A stretch of DNA of 64,000 nt from the sequence record NC_028881.1. One strand, given 5' to 3'. The DNA is from Escherichia phage vb_EcoM-VR5. This document shows positions 9,382-18,365 of the stretch, piece after piece; position 1 is the stretch's first letter; each line of letters opens with the position of its first letter. The notes under the pieces were generated by a model. The model was not told where the DNA came from. It searched no databases and saw nothing but the letters and a program-made list of their open reading frames with translations. Both the position numbers and the translations under genes were made by a program.

Positions 9382-9855
9382 TCATTTAAGCGATTTCCTC
9401 AGTTGTTTTTTAAATGAATCAACCATTTGTTTCTTAGTGTCGGATTCATTATAAGTCATTCCATGTGAAAGCATTTCAGCAATCATTTCTTCCTTACCTA
9501 ATCTACTGAACTCTTTGGTTTTATCAGGAACGAAATTCGGGTGGATATTATTTTCAGTGTAATCGGTTTTCAGATAGACTAGCAAATTCTCTAACCATTC
9601 GAGGTAGTCAACGTTTTGACCTTTCAAACCAGAACGGTTGAACTTATGCTTCATTTGTCCCTCTGCAGCATTGCACAGGTTACATAGTAAACCACGAACC
9701 TTACCAGCTTTTGGCCCGTTCAATTCATGGTCGTGGTCAAGGTGGTTACTTTGAACATCAGGGTTTAATTCACGTTTACAAATCAAACACTTACCATCCT
9801 GTGCATCATAAAGTTTTTGTTTTTCTTCTTTGTATAATTTGCCAGTCAACAACAT
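9382..9855 (-). CDS. 49: endonuclease VII (Holliday junction resolvase) gp49
   Basis: 157 aa; MLLTGKLYKEEKQK...CLICKRELNPDVQ..NHLDHDHELNGPKAGKVRGLLCNLCNAAEGQMKHKF... matches T4 gp49 (157 aa) including the zinc-binding Cys and HNH-like core. Confidence 0.95.
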   Translation of the reverse strand: MLLTGKLYKEEKQKLYDAQDGKCLICKRELNPDVQSNHLDHDHELNGPKAGKVRGLLCNLCNAAEGQMKHKFNRSGLKGQNVDYLEWLENLLVYLKTDYTENNIHPNFVPDKTKEFSRLGKEEMIAEMLSHGMTYNESDTKKQMVDSFKKQLRKSLK

Positions 9856-9860
9856 AATAA

Positions 9861-9885
9861 ACCCTTACCTGTATTAGATAAGGGT
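9861..9885 (-). promoter_or_regulatory. leader hairpin sequestering the gene 49 ribosome-binding site (approximate)
   Basis: RNA sense ACCCUUAUCUAAUACAGGUAAGGGU places the SD AGGUAAGGG in the 3' arm of a stem directly before the ATG; a late-promoter-like AATAAATA sits just upstream. T4 gene 49 is known to use RBS sequestration in its long transcript. Confidence 0.45.
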
Positions 9886-10356
9886 ATTTATTAAATATTA
9901 TAAAACGAGCGATGCAACCGTTTAAATTGTCGAATCATCTTTTTAGTAGGATGAGTATATAATCCTACGCAGGTGACCATAAACCGGTCAGTAGGACTTC
10001 CTTTGATAAGAAGTTTCCAGACCTTACCACCATTTAACTTTTCGGTATAGACTAATACAGTTTTCATTAGAACGCCTTATCAGAAAAGCGAAGTTGAGCT
10101 TCAAGCCAATGGATATAATCAGCCGCGGCAAAAATTAAATCAGATTCTTCATCAGATAACTTACGGGAATCCGACAGCTCGTAAAGAGAATGTTCAATCA
10201 GACGACCTTTATGTCGGCCAACTTCAATTTTGGTACTCATACCCAAACTCCGTATCGATTAATTCATTGTTTGAAGGTTCATTATACTCTATTTCGGAAT
10301 CGTTGTAAACCGGTTCCTCTGGCTCGGTAGTTTCCCACCGAGCGACATACCATGGC

Positions 10357-10665
10357 TTAACGGTCACACCACCAACTACTTACTTCAAAATCGGGTTCAC
10401 CGTCTTCCCAGAACCAGGGGCCAACCGGATGCCAATCGCCATGCTTATCTTCTTCATATTCTTCAGATTCAAGTCCAACGTATTGCCATTGGACTTCATA
10501 AGCAATGTCGCCGATTACAACAGTGTTCTCGCCATACGGGTTAGCCACAACAAAGTCAATACCTTCTGCTTTAGCCAACCAAACCATGTATTCATATAGC
10601 TTATATTCTAGGTCATCTTCGGTACCGTCACCTAGAAAAATGGTCTGTTCGTTTAATTCAATCAT
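10357..10665 (-). CDS. hypothetical acidic protein
   Basis: 102 aa ORF, Trp/Glu-rich. Confidence 0.4.
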   Translation of the reverse strand: MIELNEQTIFLGDGTEDDLEYKLYEYMVWLAKAEGIDFVVANPYGENTVVIGDIAYEVQWQYVGLESEEYEEDKHGDWHPVGPWFWEDGEPDFEVSSWWCDR

Positions 10666-10850
10666 AATTCCACCATAAATTCAAATAGCTGGTCACGTAC
10701 ACAAGTATCAGTCCAACCCCATTCGTTGGCTTCTTCTTTTAACCAATCCGGGAGATTTGCCAATACGATTTCTTTACTAGGCGCAGGAGTATCAAACTCT
10801 CTTGCAAACTCTCTTGCGCAGGTTTCATAAGCTGTATCAAATTCGGTCAT
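10662..10850 (-). CDS. hypothetical small protein
   Basis: 62 aa ORF overlapping the downstream gene start. Confidence 0.35.
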   Translation of the reverse strand: MTEFDTAYETCAREFAREFDTPAPSKEIVLANLPDWLKEEANEWGWTDTCVRDQLFEFMVEL

Positions 10851-11010
10851 TTAAAGTTCCAGAATGAAGCACCAACCAGAAATAAAGGCCAACAAATCAT
10901 AGACGTCAGCCACCAACAAAAATCACCTACACCGAAATCATCTAATTTAGCTAGGGTCTTAGCATAACCAATACCGATGATAATATACAAAACACCCAAC
11001 ATTAATTCAA

Positions 11011-11274
11011 TCATTTGAAATATTCTCGCAGTTCAGTGAATCCACCAATATGACTTCCGTCAGGAGCAAACACTTGTGGCATAGTCAAGCCAATTTGGGA
11101 TTCGCGACCAAGTTTAGCCAGGAGTTGAGCAATCTTCTCATCATCAAACACGCCTTTTTCTGGCATAACGTTCACGAACTCGTAAGGTTGTTTCTTAACA
11201 TCCAAAAAACGTTTAGCATTATCACAGAAAACACAACGATGAATATTTGAATCATAACCATAAATTTTAAACAT
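11011..11274 (-). CDS. nrdC: thioredoxin NrdC
   Basis: 87 aa; MFKIYGYDSNIHRCVFCDNAKR...QVFAPDGSHIGGFTELREYFK is collinear with T4 NrdC (87 aa) with a C-x-x-C active site. Confidence 0.92.
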   Translation of the reverse strand: MFKIYGYDSNIHRCVFCDNAKRFLDVKKQPYEFVNVMPEKGVFDDEKIAQLLAKLGRESQIGLTMPQVFAPDGSHIGGFTELREYFK

Positions 11275-11275
11275 T

Positions 11276-11512
11276 TTAAATTCCTAATACTTGTTTGAAG
11301 GTCTCAGTATAATCAGGGTATTGACCGGTTTGTTCTTTATGTTTGTCCATAATATCATAAACTTCTGAACGCACATTATTATACGAGCGAGTTAAAGCGG
11401 ATTTCAATACTGAATAACTATCCGGAAATTTACCGTGTTCTTTATAATAGGCCAGAGTTAATTCACGGACCGCCTTATCAGCAGTCTCAAGATATTCTTT
11501 ACGCTTTGCCAT
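11276..11512 (-). CDS. hypothetical protein
   Basis: Track ORF 11276..11644 trimmed to internal ATG ([15 protein letters not shown]...) because the upstream gene ends at 11499. Confidence 0.4.
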   Translation of the reverse strand: MAKRKEYLETADKAVRELTLAYYKEHGKFPDSYSVLKSALTRSYNNVRSEVYDIMDKHKEQTGQYPDYTETFKQVLGI

Positions 11513-11810
11513 TTTCGTCTCGCTCAAATTTGTGTTTACAATGACGGCATTTATAACGAAGATTGCTAGTCTGCCAATGCACCAGTTGGACCTGTTCAGT
11601 TCCGCATTCCGGACAGTTAGGAACATTCTTGGAAGCTTGTTCACGACGACTAACCATAGCCATCACAGCATCCCAATTAACAGGGCTATAATCATCGCAC
11701 CCATGAATTTTTCCAATCAATTCAACTTCATCGTCCTCGGCTTCTTTAATAAATTTCAATAAACCTGTATTAGAGGCTGCAGCAATATCTTCTCTTAAAC
11801 GATTTTTCAT
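11499..11810 (-). CDS. zinc-ribbon protein
   Basis: 103 aa with CPECG...(16 aa)...CRHCKHKF, a 4-Cys zinc ribbon. Confidence 0.45.
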   Translation of the reverse strand: MKNRLREDIAAASNTGLLKFIKEAEDDEVELIGKIHGCDDYSPVNWDAVMAMVSRREQASKNVPNCPECGTEQVQLVHWQTSNLRYKCRHCKHKFERDENGKA

Positions 11811-12814
11811 TTCAGCAGCTCCAGAGCGTGTTCAAGACGGTCTAAACGATTAGTGGACTCTTCCCAAAGTTTCTTAGCAGCAGTATATTGTCCAGTCAGT
11901 TTTTTGTTAATAGCAAGGGCGTCTTTATATGCTTTTTCCAGAGCAATTATTTCCGGCAACTTGGATTTAGTAATTGGTGTAGGGGCCATGATAGGGCTAT
12001 TCAAGTCATTAATCAAGTCTTCTAATGTAGCAGGCTCTTTATCAGTGTTCACAATTTCCTCACATTTTTCTTGGTAAATTTCGGCGTCAGTTTTTGGAAC
12101 AGCACATTTGATTTCGCGAACTTTTACTAGGACTTCATATCCTTTCCAGCCTAAGGTGCGTTTGATTTCTTGAGTCTCATATTTCTCTACCGTATCCATC
12201 AGGGCTAAAGCCTGTTCGACGGTATTCAGAGTTTCATAAGAAATATCTTGGTACTTTACAACTTCCGCTTCATCTTTAGGTTTCCGGTTTGGTGACCAGA
12301 TAATAGAAATAAGCACCCTTCCTTTATAAGCATTTGTTTTAATCATGCAATTCGCCAATGGGTGGATAGTACGACCGTCACCGGCAACTACAGTTTTAGT
12401 GGCTGCTTTGAGAATTAATGCAGAGTTAGCCTTAAATTCGGCGGCCCAACGTTGTGGAAATAGGGTACTAAGGTCCATACCTTTAATTTTGATATACCCT
12501 TTTAAAACATCACCAAACCATTTGTAGTTAACATGAGCCGGACTACGATATTTCTCTTTGCCAAAGTCGGAAAGGAGGTCCTTATTGACCAAGCGTGAAA
12601 GCAGTCGAGACCCTTTAAAAGTTTCAGTGATATCAGAAATAAACAAACGGCCCGCAATCTTTTCGATTTCAGATTTAAAACACCGTGACAAATCTTCATC
12701 AATTTGGTCAACCCATTTACTGATATTAGAAACTATTACCTCATACGGCGTTAATGGAGGCGTAGTGGTAGTAATATACGCAGTGAAGGCTTTGATATAT
12801 TCGTTACGTGACAT
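11807..12814 (-). CDS. hypothetical protein (335 aa)
   Basis: Track ORF 11807..12853 trimmed to ATG preceded by SD GAGGAGAA (MSRNEYIKAF...); promoter cassette directly upstream. Confidence 0.5.
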   Translation of the reverse strand: MSRNEYIKAFTAYITTTTPPLTPYEVIVSNISKWVDQIDEDLSRCFKSEIEKIAGRLFISDITETFKGSRLLSRLVNKDLLSDFGKEKYRSPAHVNYKWFGDVLKGYIKIKGMDLSTLFPQRWAAEFKANSALILKAATKTVVAGDGRTIHPLANCMIKTNAYKGRVLISIIWSPNRKPKDEAEVVKYQDISYETLNTVEQALALMDTVEKYETQEIKRTLGWKGYEVLVKVREIKCAVPKTDAEIYQEKCEEIVNTDKEPATLEDLINDLNSPIMAPTPITKSKLPEIIALEKAYKDALAINKKLTGQYTAAKKLWEESTNRLDRLEHALELLK

Positions 12815-12841
12815 GATATTCTCCTCAGTAGATTTAGAAAG

Positions 12842-12872
12842 ATTATACTCCATCCGTCCTTGGATGTAAACA
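12842..12872 (-). promoter_or_regulatory. early promoter with adjacent stem-loop (PeSL-like), approximate
   Basis: RNA sense GTTTACA-N17-TATAAT; CATCC/GGATG inverted repeat in the spacer; leader CTGAGGAGAATATCATGTCAC resembles those at 7382 and 14807. Confidence 0.6.
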
Positions 12873-13742
12873 CTATTTTAGAGCTTTTACTGCAGCGCGA
12901 AGCTTGTCACGCTGGATTTCCATATTCTTGATGCGAATCAATACGTCTTGAATACTCTTTTTCTCATCTTCGATCTGACCGTTTAAACGGTGGATTGATT
13001 CCTGGATGTAGTCCTCATGATACTTCTCGATAGGTTTCATCGTAGGGTTAGTAACAACCATAGAATTATCAGGTGTAATTTTCCAATGATACGGTTTGGA
13101 ATTGAATGGACTAGGCACCGCGGTGGTTTTGAATTTGTCATAGGCTGCATACTGGCCTACACTGTCACATGATACTGCAGAGATACGACGTTCCATTTGT
13201 GGTTCCTTTTGTTGGGATTGATAAGGGGCATAAGACAAAAGATATTGTCGAGTTAGTTTAACTCTGATATACACGGCATCGGCTCGCCCGGAACAATCAG
13301 CATATTCATCGGTTGTAACTTTATATGATTCTACTGCCTTAATACGAGTCATTGCCTCTCTGAATAAGGTTTCGAATGCTTCACGAAGGGCCTTATTACC
13401 TTTTGAGGTAGGACGGAAACGAACTTGGATACCGTCAGCCAGAATATTAATGACTAAGTTACGAGGGGTAAAATTAATATTCTTGATATTAACAGGAACC
13501 GTAACAATGCGCCCTGCTGTAGACAAAAGGTCTTTGATATTAGCTCGTAATGTTGCAGCAAATAAATGAGCAGGGCTACGGCAGTAATCATTCAAAGAAG
13601 AGATATAAGTTCCTTTACGACCTACGCCATAAGTATAACTACCATTACAAATATAGCCAAAGTCAGCTAGCCGGTCAATAGCGATACGACGAGTCGTGTC
13701 ATGGTCATATATAGAGTATTCTTTACGTGTTTTAATGTTCAT
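12873..13742 (-). CDS. hypothetical protein (289 aa)
   Basis: Track ORF 12873..13811 trimmed to internal ATG (MNIKTRKEYSIYDHD...) because the upstream gene ends at 13744. Confidence 0.5.
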   Translation of the reverse strand: MNIKTRKEYSIYDHDTTRRIAIDRLADFGYICNGSYTYGVGRKGTYISSLNDYCRSPAHLFAATLRANIKDLLSTAGRIVTVPVNIKNINFTPRNLVINILADGIQVRFRPTSKGNKALREAFETLFREAMTRIKAVESYKVTTDEYADCSGRADAVYIRVKLTRQYLLSYAPYQSQQKEPQMERRISAVSCDSVGQYAAYDKFKTTAVPSPFNSKPYHWKITPDNSMVVTNPTMKPIEKYHEDYIQESIHRLNGQIEDEKKSIQDVLIRIKNMEIQRDKLRAAVKALK

Positions 13743-13743
13743 A

Positions 13744-13959
13744 TTAAAGTCCAAATAATTTTTCATAGAGTTTAGCGAATGGCCACAGCACGACCATAAC
13801 TGCACAAACAAACCAAAGCAAAGGCCATACTAGTGTAATGAATACTGCATCATAACTTGACTCAATTTCGACCGGATTCCAATCACCGGATTTATGAATA
13901 AAGACGGCCGTTATGAATCCTAATACAAAATAAAGGAAAATAAAACCTAAGATTTCCAT
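13744..13959 (-). CDS. small membrane protein
   Basis: 71 aa, two hydrophobic segments (ILGFIFLYFVLGFITAVFI; LVWPLLWFVCAVMVVLW). Confidence 0.4.
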   Translation of the reverse strand: MEILGFIFLYFVLGFITAVFIHKSGDWNPVEIESSYDAVFITLVWPLLWFVCAVMVVLWPFAKLYEKLFGL

Positions 13960-13961
13960 AA

Positions 13962-14807
13962 TTAATCCTTAAGAAGATTTAGAATATCAAGATATTTTTG
14001 ACGTTCGGCCTTGGCTTTAGCATTCAGACCGGAAAGTCGGAAAATCTCATCGTCTTGGCGCTGGATTTCAACATTCAAGCAAGTAATCAAATTAGTAAAA
14101 TACTCAAGCTGGGTTTGGTGTTTCTCATTGCTACGCACTGGTACAGGTTCCGCTTTAGGAGCTTGTTCTGAATGATTCTTAACTTCATTGCCTGGCCTAA
14201 TAAGTTTAATACGCCAACCTGTATTGGTATGAACATTATCGAAGGTAAGAATACCACTACGTTCAAGTTCGGTCAACGCCAATCGGAGATGGAATTTCCA
14301 GTTGTCGTATTGACATCCACTAAAAGTGGAAGTAAGATACTCGTTTTCATTACCTGGTTGGTTAACAATATTAAAGATAATCCAATCACCAGAGCCATTG
14401 GTCTTAAATGGCATTTGCTTATCTTGGCCTGAAGCCATACGAGCACCAAGTGCTAGTAAACGACGTTGGTTGGTACGAAGGTCTTTAACAACTTCATCAA
14501 ATGTCATCGCCGGGATTAAACGACCATAGAGGTCATAGCCTTTGTTATAATTTTTAAGAATAATTTTGGCGTTAGCACGAGACAACATACCTGCCCTGTG
14601 AAGAGATTTCATGACTCGGTCTTCTAACGTAAACAAACCTTTAGTCTTGTCAAAGATTTTAGTGAATTCATCTACAGCAATACAAACTTCAAACTTTTCC
14701 CACATCATGGCCAAAACCTTTTCAACCACTTCTTTATTCAGTGGAATACGACCAAATTTAATAACTTTTTTAACTTCAGAACGAATTTGATTAATTGCCT
14801 GTGACAT
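13962..14807 (-). CDS. hypothetical protein (281 aa)
   Basis: Starts MSQAINQ... behind a leader nearly identical to that of 7053..7382; no assignable domain. Confidence 0.5.
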   Translation of the reverse strand: MSQAINQIRSEVKKVIKFGRIPLNKEVVEKVLAMMWEKFEVCIAVDEFTKIFDKTKGLFTLEDRVMKSLHRAGMLSRANAKIILKNYNKGYDLYGRLIPAMTFDEVVKDLRTNQRRLLALGARMASGQDKQMPFKTNGSGDWIIFNIVNQPGNENEYLTSTFSGCQYDNWKFHLRLALTELERSGILTFDNVHTNTGWRIKLIRPGNEVKNHSEQAPKAEPVPVRSNEKHQTQLEYFTNLITCLNVEIQRQDDEIFRLSGLNAKAKAERQKYLDILNLLKD

Positions 14808-14844
14808 AATAATTTCCTCAGTAAGTAATTAAGAACCTAGAACC

Positions 14845-14870
14845 ATTATACCATCCTTGGTATAAAGCGT
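14845..14870 (-). promoter_or_regulatory. middle (MotA-type) promoter-like element, approximate
   Basis: RNA sense aaaCGCTTTA (MotA-box-like, one mismatch to TGCTTtA) - 12 nt - TATAATGGTTCTAGG; overlaps the stop of the upstream gene. Confidence 0.5.
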
Positions 14871-15395
14871 TTATGCGAGAACCGTCTTTAAACGCTCTTC
14901 AAATTTCTGAAGCAGAGCTTGGCGTTCAGCTCGTTGTGATTTGTACTGCTCGATACGTCCTGAAGTGAGGGCGTACTGTTCGTTTACTGATTCCCGCATA
15001 AATTCAGGAATTTCTTTACAAGCTTTGATTTCGTCAAACTTATCAATAACCGCTTGTTCCTCGGCAATCAGATTATCGAAATAAGCGATATCTGATTTAA
15101 CGTTTGCCAGGTCAGATTCGGTAGGCATTAAACGTTTGTTACGTTCAGATTGATAAGCTTGGTTGGTTTCACGACTCCAGTGAAGAGTACGTTTTTTGTT
15201 AGTATTTTTATAGAGCTCTACAATACCTACTGAATCGATGATAGCAATCCAGTTCCAACGGCTTTTGTAAATCTCTCCTCCAGATACGGTAATCTCATTT
15301 CCACAAGCAACATCGTTAAAGAACTTGCTTTGTTTTTCAGATTTAAAATTACCGTTATTAAAATTAATCAGTGAAAAAATATCTTTAGCGTTCAT
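14871..15395 (-). CDS. hypothetical protein (174 aa)
   Basis: ORF directly downstream of the PeSL at 15402-15450; Asn/Lys-rich N-terminus. Confidence 0.5.
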   Translation of the reverse strand: MNAKDIFSLINFNNGNFKSEKQSKFFNDVACGNEITVSGGEIYKSRWNWIAIIDSVGIVELYKNTNKKRTLHWSRETNQAYQSERNKRLMPTESDLANVKSDIAYFDNLIAEEQAVIDKFDEIKACKEIPEFMRESVNEQYALTSGRIEQYKSQRAERQALLQKFEERLKTVLA

Positions 15396-15401
15396 GTTAA
15401 C

Positions 15402-15450
15402 CTCCAGTAGTTGATAGGTCTATAGTATCATTCCTACTGGAGATGTAAAC
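15402..15450 (-). promoter_or_regulatory. PeSL-like promoter/stem-loop cassette, approximate
   Basis: Conserved 20-mer ttgataggtctatagtatca between perfect 9-bp inverted repeat ctccagtag/ctactggag, then gtaaac; RNA sense GTTTAC-N17-TGaTACTAT (extended -10). Confidence 0.7.
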
Positions 15451-15452
15451 AA

Positions 15453-15794
15453 CTAATAGAAACTTTTTTCGCCGGCTTGTCCACTAAACCAGGCTGATTG
15501 GGTATTAGGTTTCCGTTGTTGCTCAATACGGGTACGATATTCTTTTCTTATGGCACAGAGGTCATCCTGGAAGTCGGCTGCCAACTTTACCTGCTTGCGG
15601 TCTAGATTTATTAAGGCCTGAGTCTTAGCTGCCAAGGCCAGTCTCTTGTAGTCTCCTTCTTCACAATCGGTTTTATAAACTCTACTAGCGTATCCATCGA
15701 TAAATTCTTTATCATAGTCTTTGATAGACTGTTCCATGGCATTAGAGTACTTCAACTCTGCTTTTATAAGGTCATAACTAAATTGTTCAAACAT
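15453..15794 (-). CDS. hypothetical protein
   Basis: 113 aa ORF downstream of the ATPase gene. Confidence 0.45.
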   Translation of the reverse strand: MFEQFSYDLIKAELKYSNAMEQSIKDYDKEFIDGYASRVYKTDCEEGDYKRLALAAKTQALINLDRKQVKLAADFQDDLCAIRKEYRTRIEQQRKPNTQSAWFSGQAGEKSFY

Positions 15795-15803
15795 AATTTA
15801 CCT

Positions 15804-16799
15804 TTATTTCAGAAGTGTAACTTCGGCAATTTCAGACCAATCATTAGAATCAGTAGCAATGAAATCAGCCAAATAGAGGGCGGTACGCAATGAAACATTA
15901 CGCAAACGTAATACATTAGCCTTCATCCATGAGAGTGCCTGGTAAGTCTGAGCGTCAGTCAGACCACGTTTCTGCATCATATCTGTAGACAGAATAACAT
16001 CTTCAACACGAACCATAATCTCTTCGTTAGAGTGAACACCGAGGTCTAAGTAAACTGAACGTGATACTAAAGCCTGAAGGTGTGGAGCAAGTTTAGTACC
16101 ACGTTCCAATTCACGGTCAATATCAACGTTAGTGATGAATACGATGGTGCCTTCAAACTCGAATTCTTTATCGATATTTTTATCATCGAGATAAGAACTT
16201 GAAGTGCTCCAACATACCTTACGTTTCTCACCGGTGTCCAATGCCGCTTTCAGAAGATTCAGAATATCCATATCAGAGAATACATCAACATCATCGATAA
16301 GAAGAACACTATTAGGGCCGCGGTTATTCCAAAGCTGCTCGTAAAGACCGATTCCACTAATCTTTCCGTTGATTGATTTATATTCGATAGTTTCATTTTC
16401 GTGGGCATTCTGTAATGCTTTATCCAATGAATATGTTTTACCAATACCTGCGGCACCAGAGATGATAAGGGAACGAATTTTACCATCGATGATTCCATTA
16501 GTCATCATGTTCATTACTTTAAAACGTTTGTTGATGCGGTGTTTCATTTCGTCCTGGGATTCAGTTACGACTGCAGGGGTTTCAACACCTTCAGTTTCGA
16601 TATCAGATTTGAACACCCATACACCACGCTCTACACCATCAATCTGAACAAAGACCTTACCATCGCCGAGGTGGGCTTCTGATTCATGAATTTTATTAGG
16701 GAACCAGGTTTTACCTGAACTCATGAACGTACCGGAGATTTCGTTACCGCGGTAGATGCCTTTGTTGATTTTGATAGTTAACATTTTATTATCCTTCAC
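15804..16799 (-). CDS. P-loop NTPase, AAA+-like ATPase of unknown function
   Basis: 331 aa; Walker A ISGAAGIGKTYS, Walker B VLLIDDVDVF, sensor-like IVFITNVD; N-terminal ~110 aa extra domain. Confidence 0.6.
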   Translation of the reverse strand: MKDNKMLTIKINKGIYRGNEISGTFMSSGKTWFPNKIHESEAHLGDGKVFVQIDGVERGVWVFKSDIETEGVETPAVVTESQDEMKHRINKRFKVMNMMTNGIIDGKIRSLIISGAAGIGKTYSLDKALQNAHENETIEYKSINGKISGIGLYEQLWNNRGPNSVLLIDDVDVFSDMDILNLLKAALDTGEKRKVCWSTSSSYLDDKNIDKEFEFEGTIVFITNVDIDRELERGTKLAPHLQALVSRSVYLDLGVHSNEEIMVRVEDVILSTDMMQKRGLTDAQTYQALSWMKANVLRLRNVSLRTALYLADFIATDSNDWSEIAEVTLLK

Positions 16800-16808
16800 T
16801 CATTTGTT

Positions 16809-16849
16809 TTGATAGGTCTATCTTAACACGATTAATCAGGTTGTAAACA
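16809..16849 (-). promoter_or_regulatory. promoter cassette, divergent PeSL-like copy (approximate)
   Basis: Window ttgataggtctatcttaaca ... gtaaac; RNA sense GTTTACA-N17-TAAGAT (weaker -10). Confidence 0.5.
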
Positions 16850-16867
16850 TTTTTTTGCACTAAACCC

Positions 16868-16889
16868 AAAAAAGGAACCCGAAGGTTCC
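16868..16889 (-). terminator. rho-independent terminator (approximate)
   Basis: RNA sense GGAACC-UUCG-GGUUCC followed by UUUUUUGGG, directly after the stop of 16896..17906. Confidence 0.65.
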
Positions 16890-16895
16890 TTAATA

Positions 16896-17906
16896 TTATC
16901 GATAATAGGCGTTGTGGTTTTCTAGATAAACCTCTTCAACAAATTTGTCCCAGAACTTCATATCTACCTTATCAGGCATACCGTTCTTGGCCGCCCAGAC
17001 GGCATTGGTTTCGACTTCATCGACGATTGCTTCAAGTTCAGCTTGTACATCTTTAAAAGCGTGTAGGCCTTGTTTGATTTCAAGGATAAATGGAGCCGTA
17101 CGTAAAGGATATTGGAGATCGCCTGTTTGATAGATTTCCTTTAACTGATATCCAGCGCGATAAGCATGACTCAGCGCTTTCCAATCAATACCTTCGTTAG
17201 CTTCAGCCTTACGAGCACGTTCGCCGTATTCAGCATCCAGTTTGTTCAGAGATTGCTTAAGCTCGATTAATGACAAAGTAGTTTGGTATTTACGTCCTAA
17301 GACAGTATAGAACGTTTGTGGGCCGGTTTTCTCATGGTTATGAAATACCCATTCACAGAATTCGTTCTCTGGAAGTCGATGCTTAATATCTTCAACTTTA
17401 GTACGACGATGTTTAGTCGAACCATCTTCTTGGTAGTCAACCCACTGTTCAGGAATCTGGTTAACAATTGACAGTACACCACGTAATGCAGCTAAACGAG
17501 AACCCTTAACACCATACTTAGAAGCTTGCTTACGGACGTACCCTAAATAGGCTTTCATGTTAGTCGTATAGAACCGAGAACGGTTGTCTTGGATAAATTT
17601 CCATACATCAGGTAAATCAGATTTGACCACTAGTTCAGGCGGGGTGTGGATCATATCCAGAGCTACAGTTTCACCTTCAGCAGCCAGTTTAAAGAAATAT
17701 TTCAGGCTGTAAAGCTCATGGTCAACATCGTCTTTAGTGTTTTTAGAAGCTGTGTTATTCGTGTTCAAGTTGGTATGGTTCATTGCCGTACCTAACAGAA
17801 TGTCACGCGCTGCAGGAACAAAGATTTCCTTAAAATCGACATCAGATTCCGGAGTACTTGTTCCATAAAGATGGCTACCGAAGTAGCCCTTCATAACTGT
17901 TCTCAT
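16896..17906 (-). CDS. Pol-beta-superfamily nucleotidyltransferase, substrate unknown
   Basis: 336 aa; N-terminal YFGSHLYGTSTPESDVDF fits the G[SG]x9-13Dh[DE] nucleotidyltransferase signature (KNTase/MNT-like), third acidic candidate in ETVALDMIH; helical C-terminal domain; start overlaps the upstream membrane gene (ATGA). Confidence 0.6.
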   Translation of the reverse strand: MRTVMKGYFGSHLYGTSTPESDVDFKEIFVPAARDILLGTAMNHTNLNTNNTASKNTKDDVDHELYSLKYFFKLAAEGETVALDMIHTPPELVVKSDLPDVWKFIQDNRSRFYTTNMKAYLGYVRKQASKYGVKGSRLAALRGVLSIVNQIPEQWVDYQEDGSTKHRRTKVEDIKHRLPENEFCEWVFHNHEKTGPQTFYTVLGRKYQTTLSLIELKQSLNKLDAEYGERARKAEANEGIDWKALSHAYRAGYQLKEIYQTGDLQYPLRTAPFILEIKQGLHAFKDVQAELEAIVDEVETNAVWAAKNGMPDKVDMKFWDKFVEEVYLENHNAYYR

Positions 17907-18355
17907 TTCTTCGCCTCAAAATGGATTACCGGACACATCTTAGATTTACGAGCTTTGATATATTGAATGAAAACGTTTTCTTTAGTTTCTAGGCCTTCAC
18001 GCTCAGCTTTAATTCGTTCCCATTCCTTTTCTTCTTTATGTGTATCGTACCAGGACCATAAATTCATTAGACCATACATTAAACCAAATGCTACCGCCAG
18101 AATAAGAGATAATGTAGCTAGTCCTAAAATAAACCCTAACCCTAAACCAACAGGAATACTTAATACAAAGAACTGGTCCAATACACCAGCACCTGCAACA
18201 GTTAAGGCGAAGATTGTACTACCAATAAAAACTGCACAAACAAAACAAGCCCATACAATTTTCCAGAAGTAAGCACACAAAGAGTGTGGTCGAGAATGAC
18301 GGTCATAAAAACGGTCGTGGAAACGAGCGTGCCAAGAGTTCGTATTGATAATCAT
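17903..18355 (-). CDS. integral membrane protein
   Basis: 150 aa; His/Arg-rich N-terminus, about three hydrophobic helices, charged C-terminal tail (EEKEWERIKAEREGLETKE). Confidence 0.5.
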   Translation of the reverse strand: MIINTNSWHARFHDRFYDRHSRPHSLCAYFWKIVWACFVCAVFIGSTIFALTVAGAGVLDQFFVLSIPVGLGLGFILGLATLSLILAVAFGLMYGLMNLWSWYDTHKEEKEWERIKAEREGLETKENVFIQYIKARKSKMCPVIHFEAKK

Positions 18356-18365
18356 AATATTTTCC

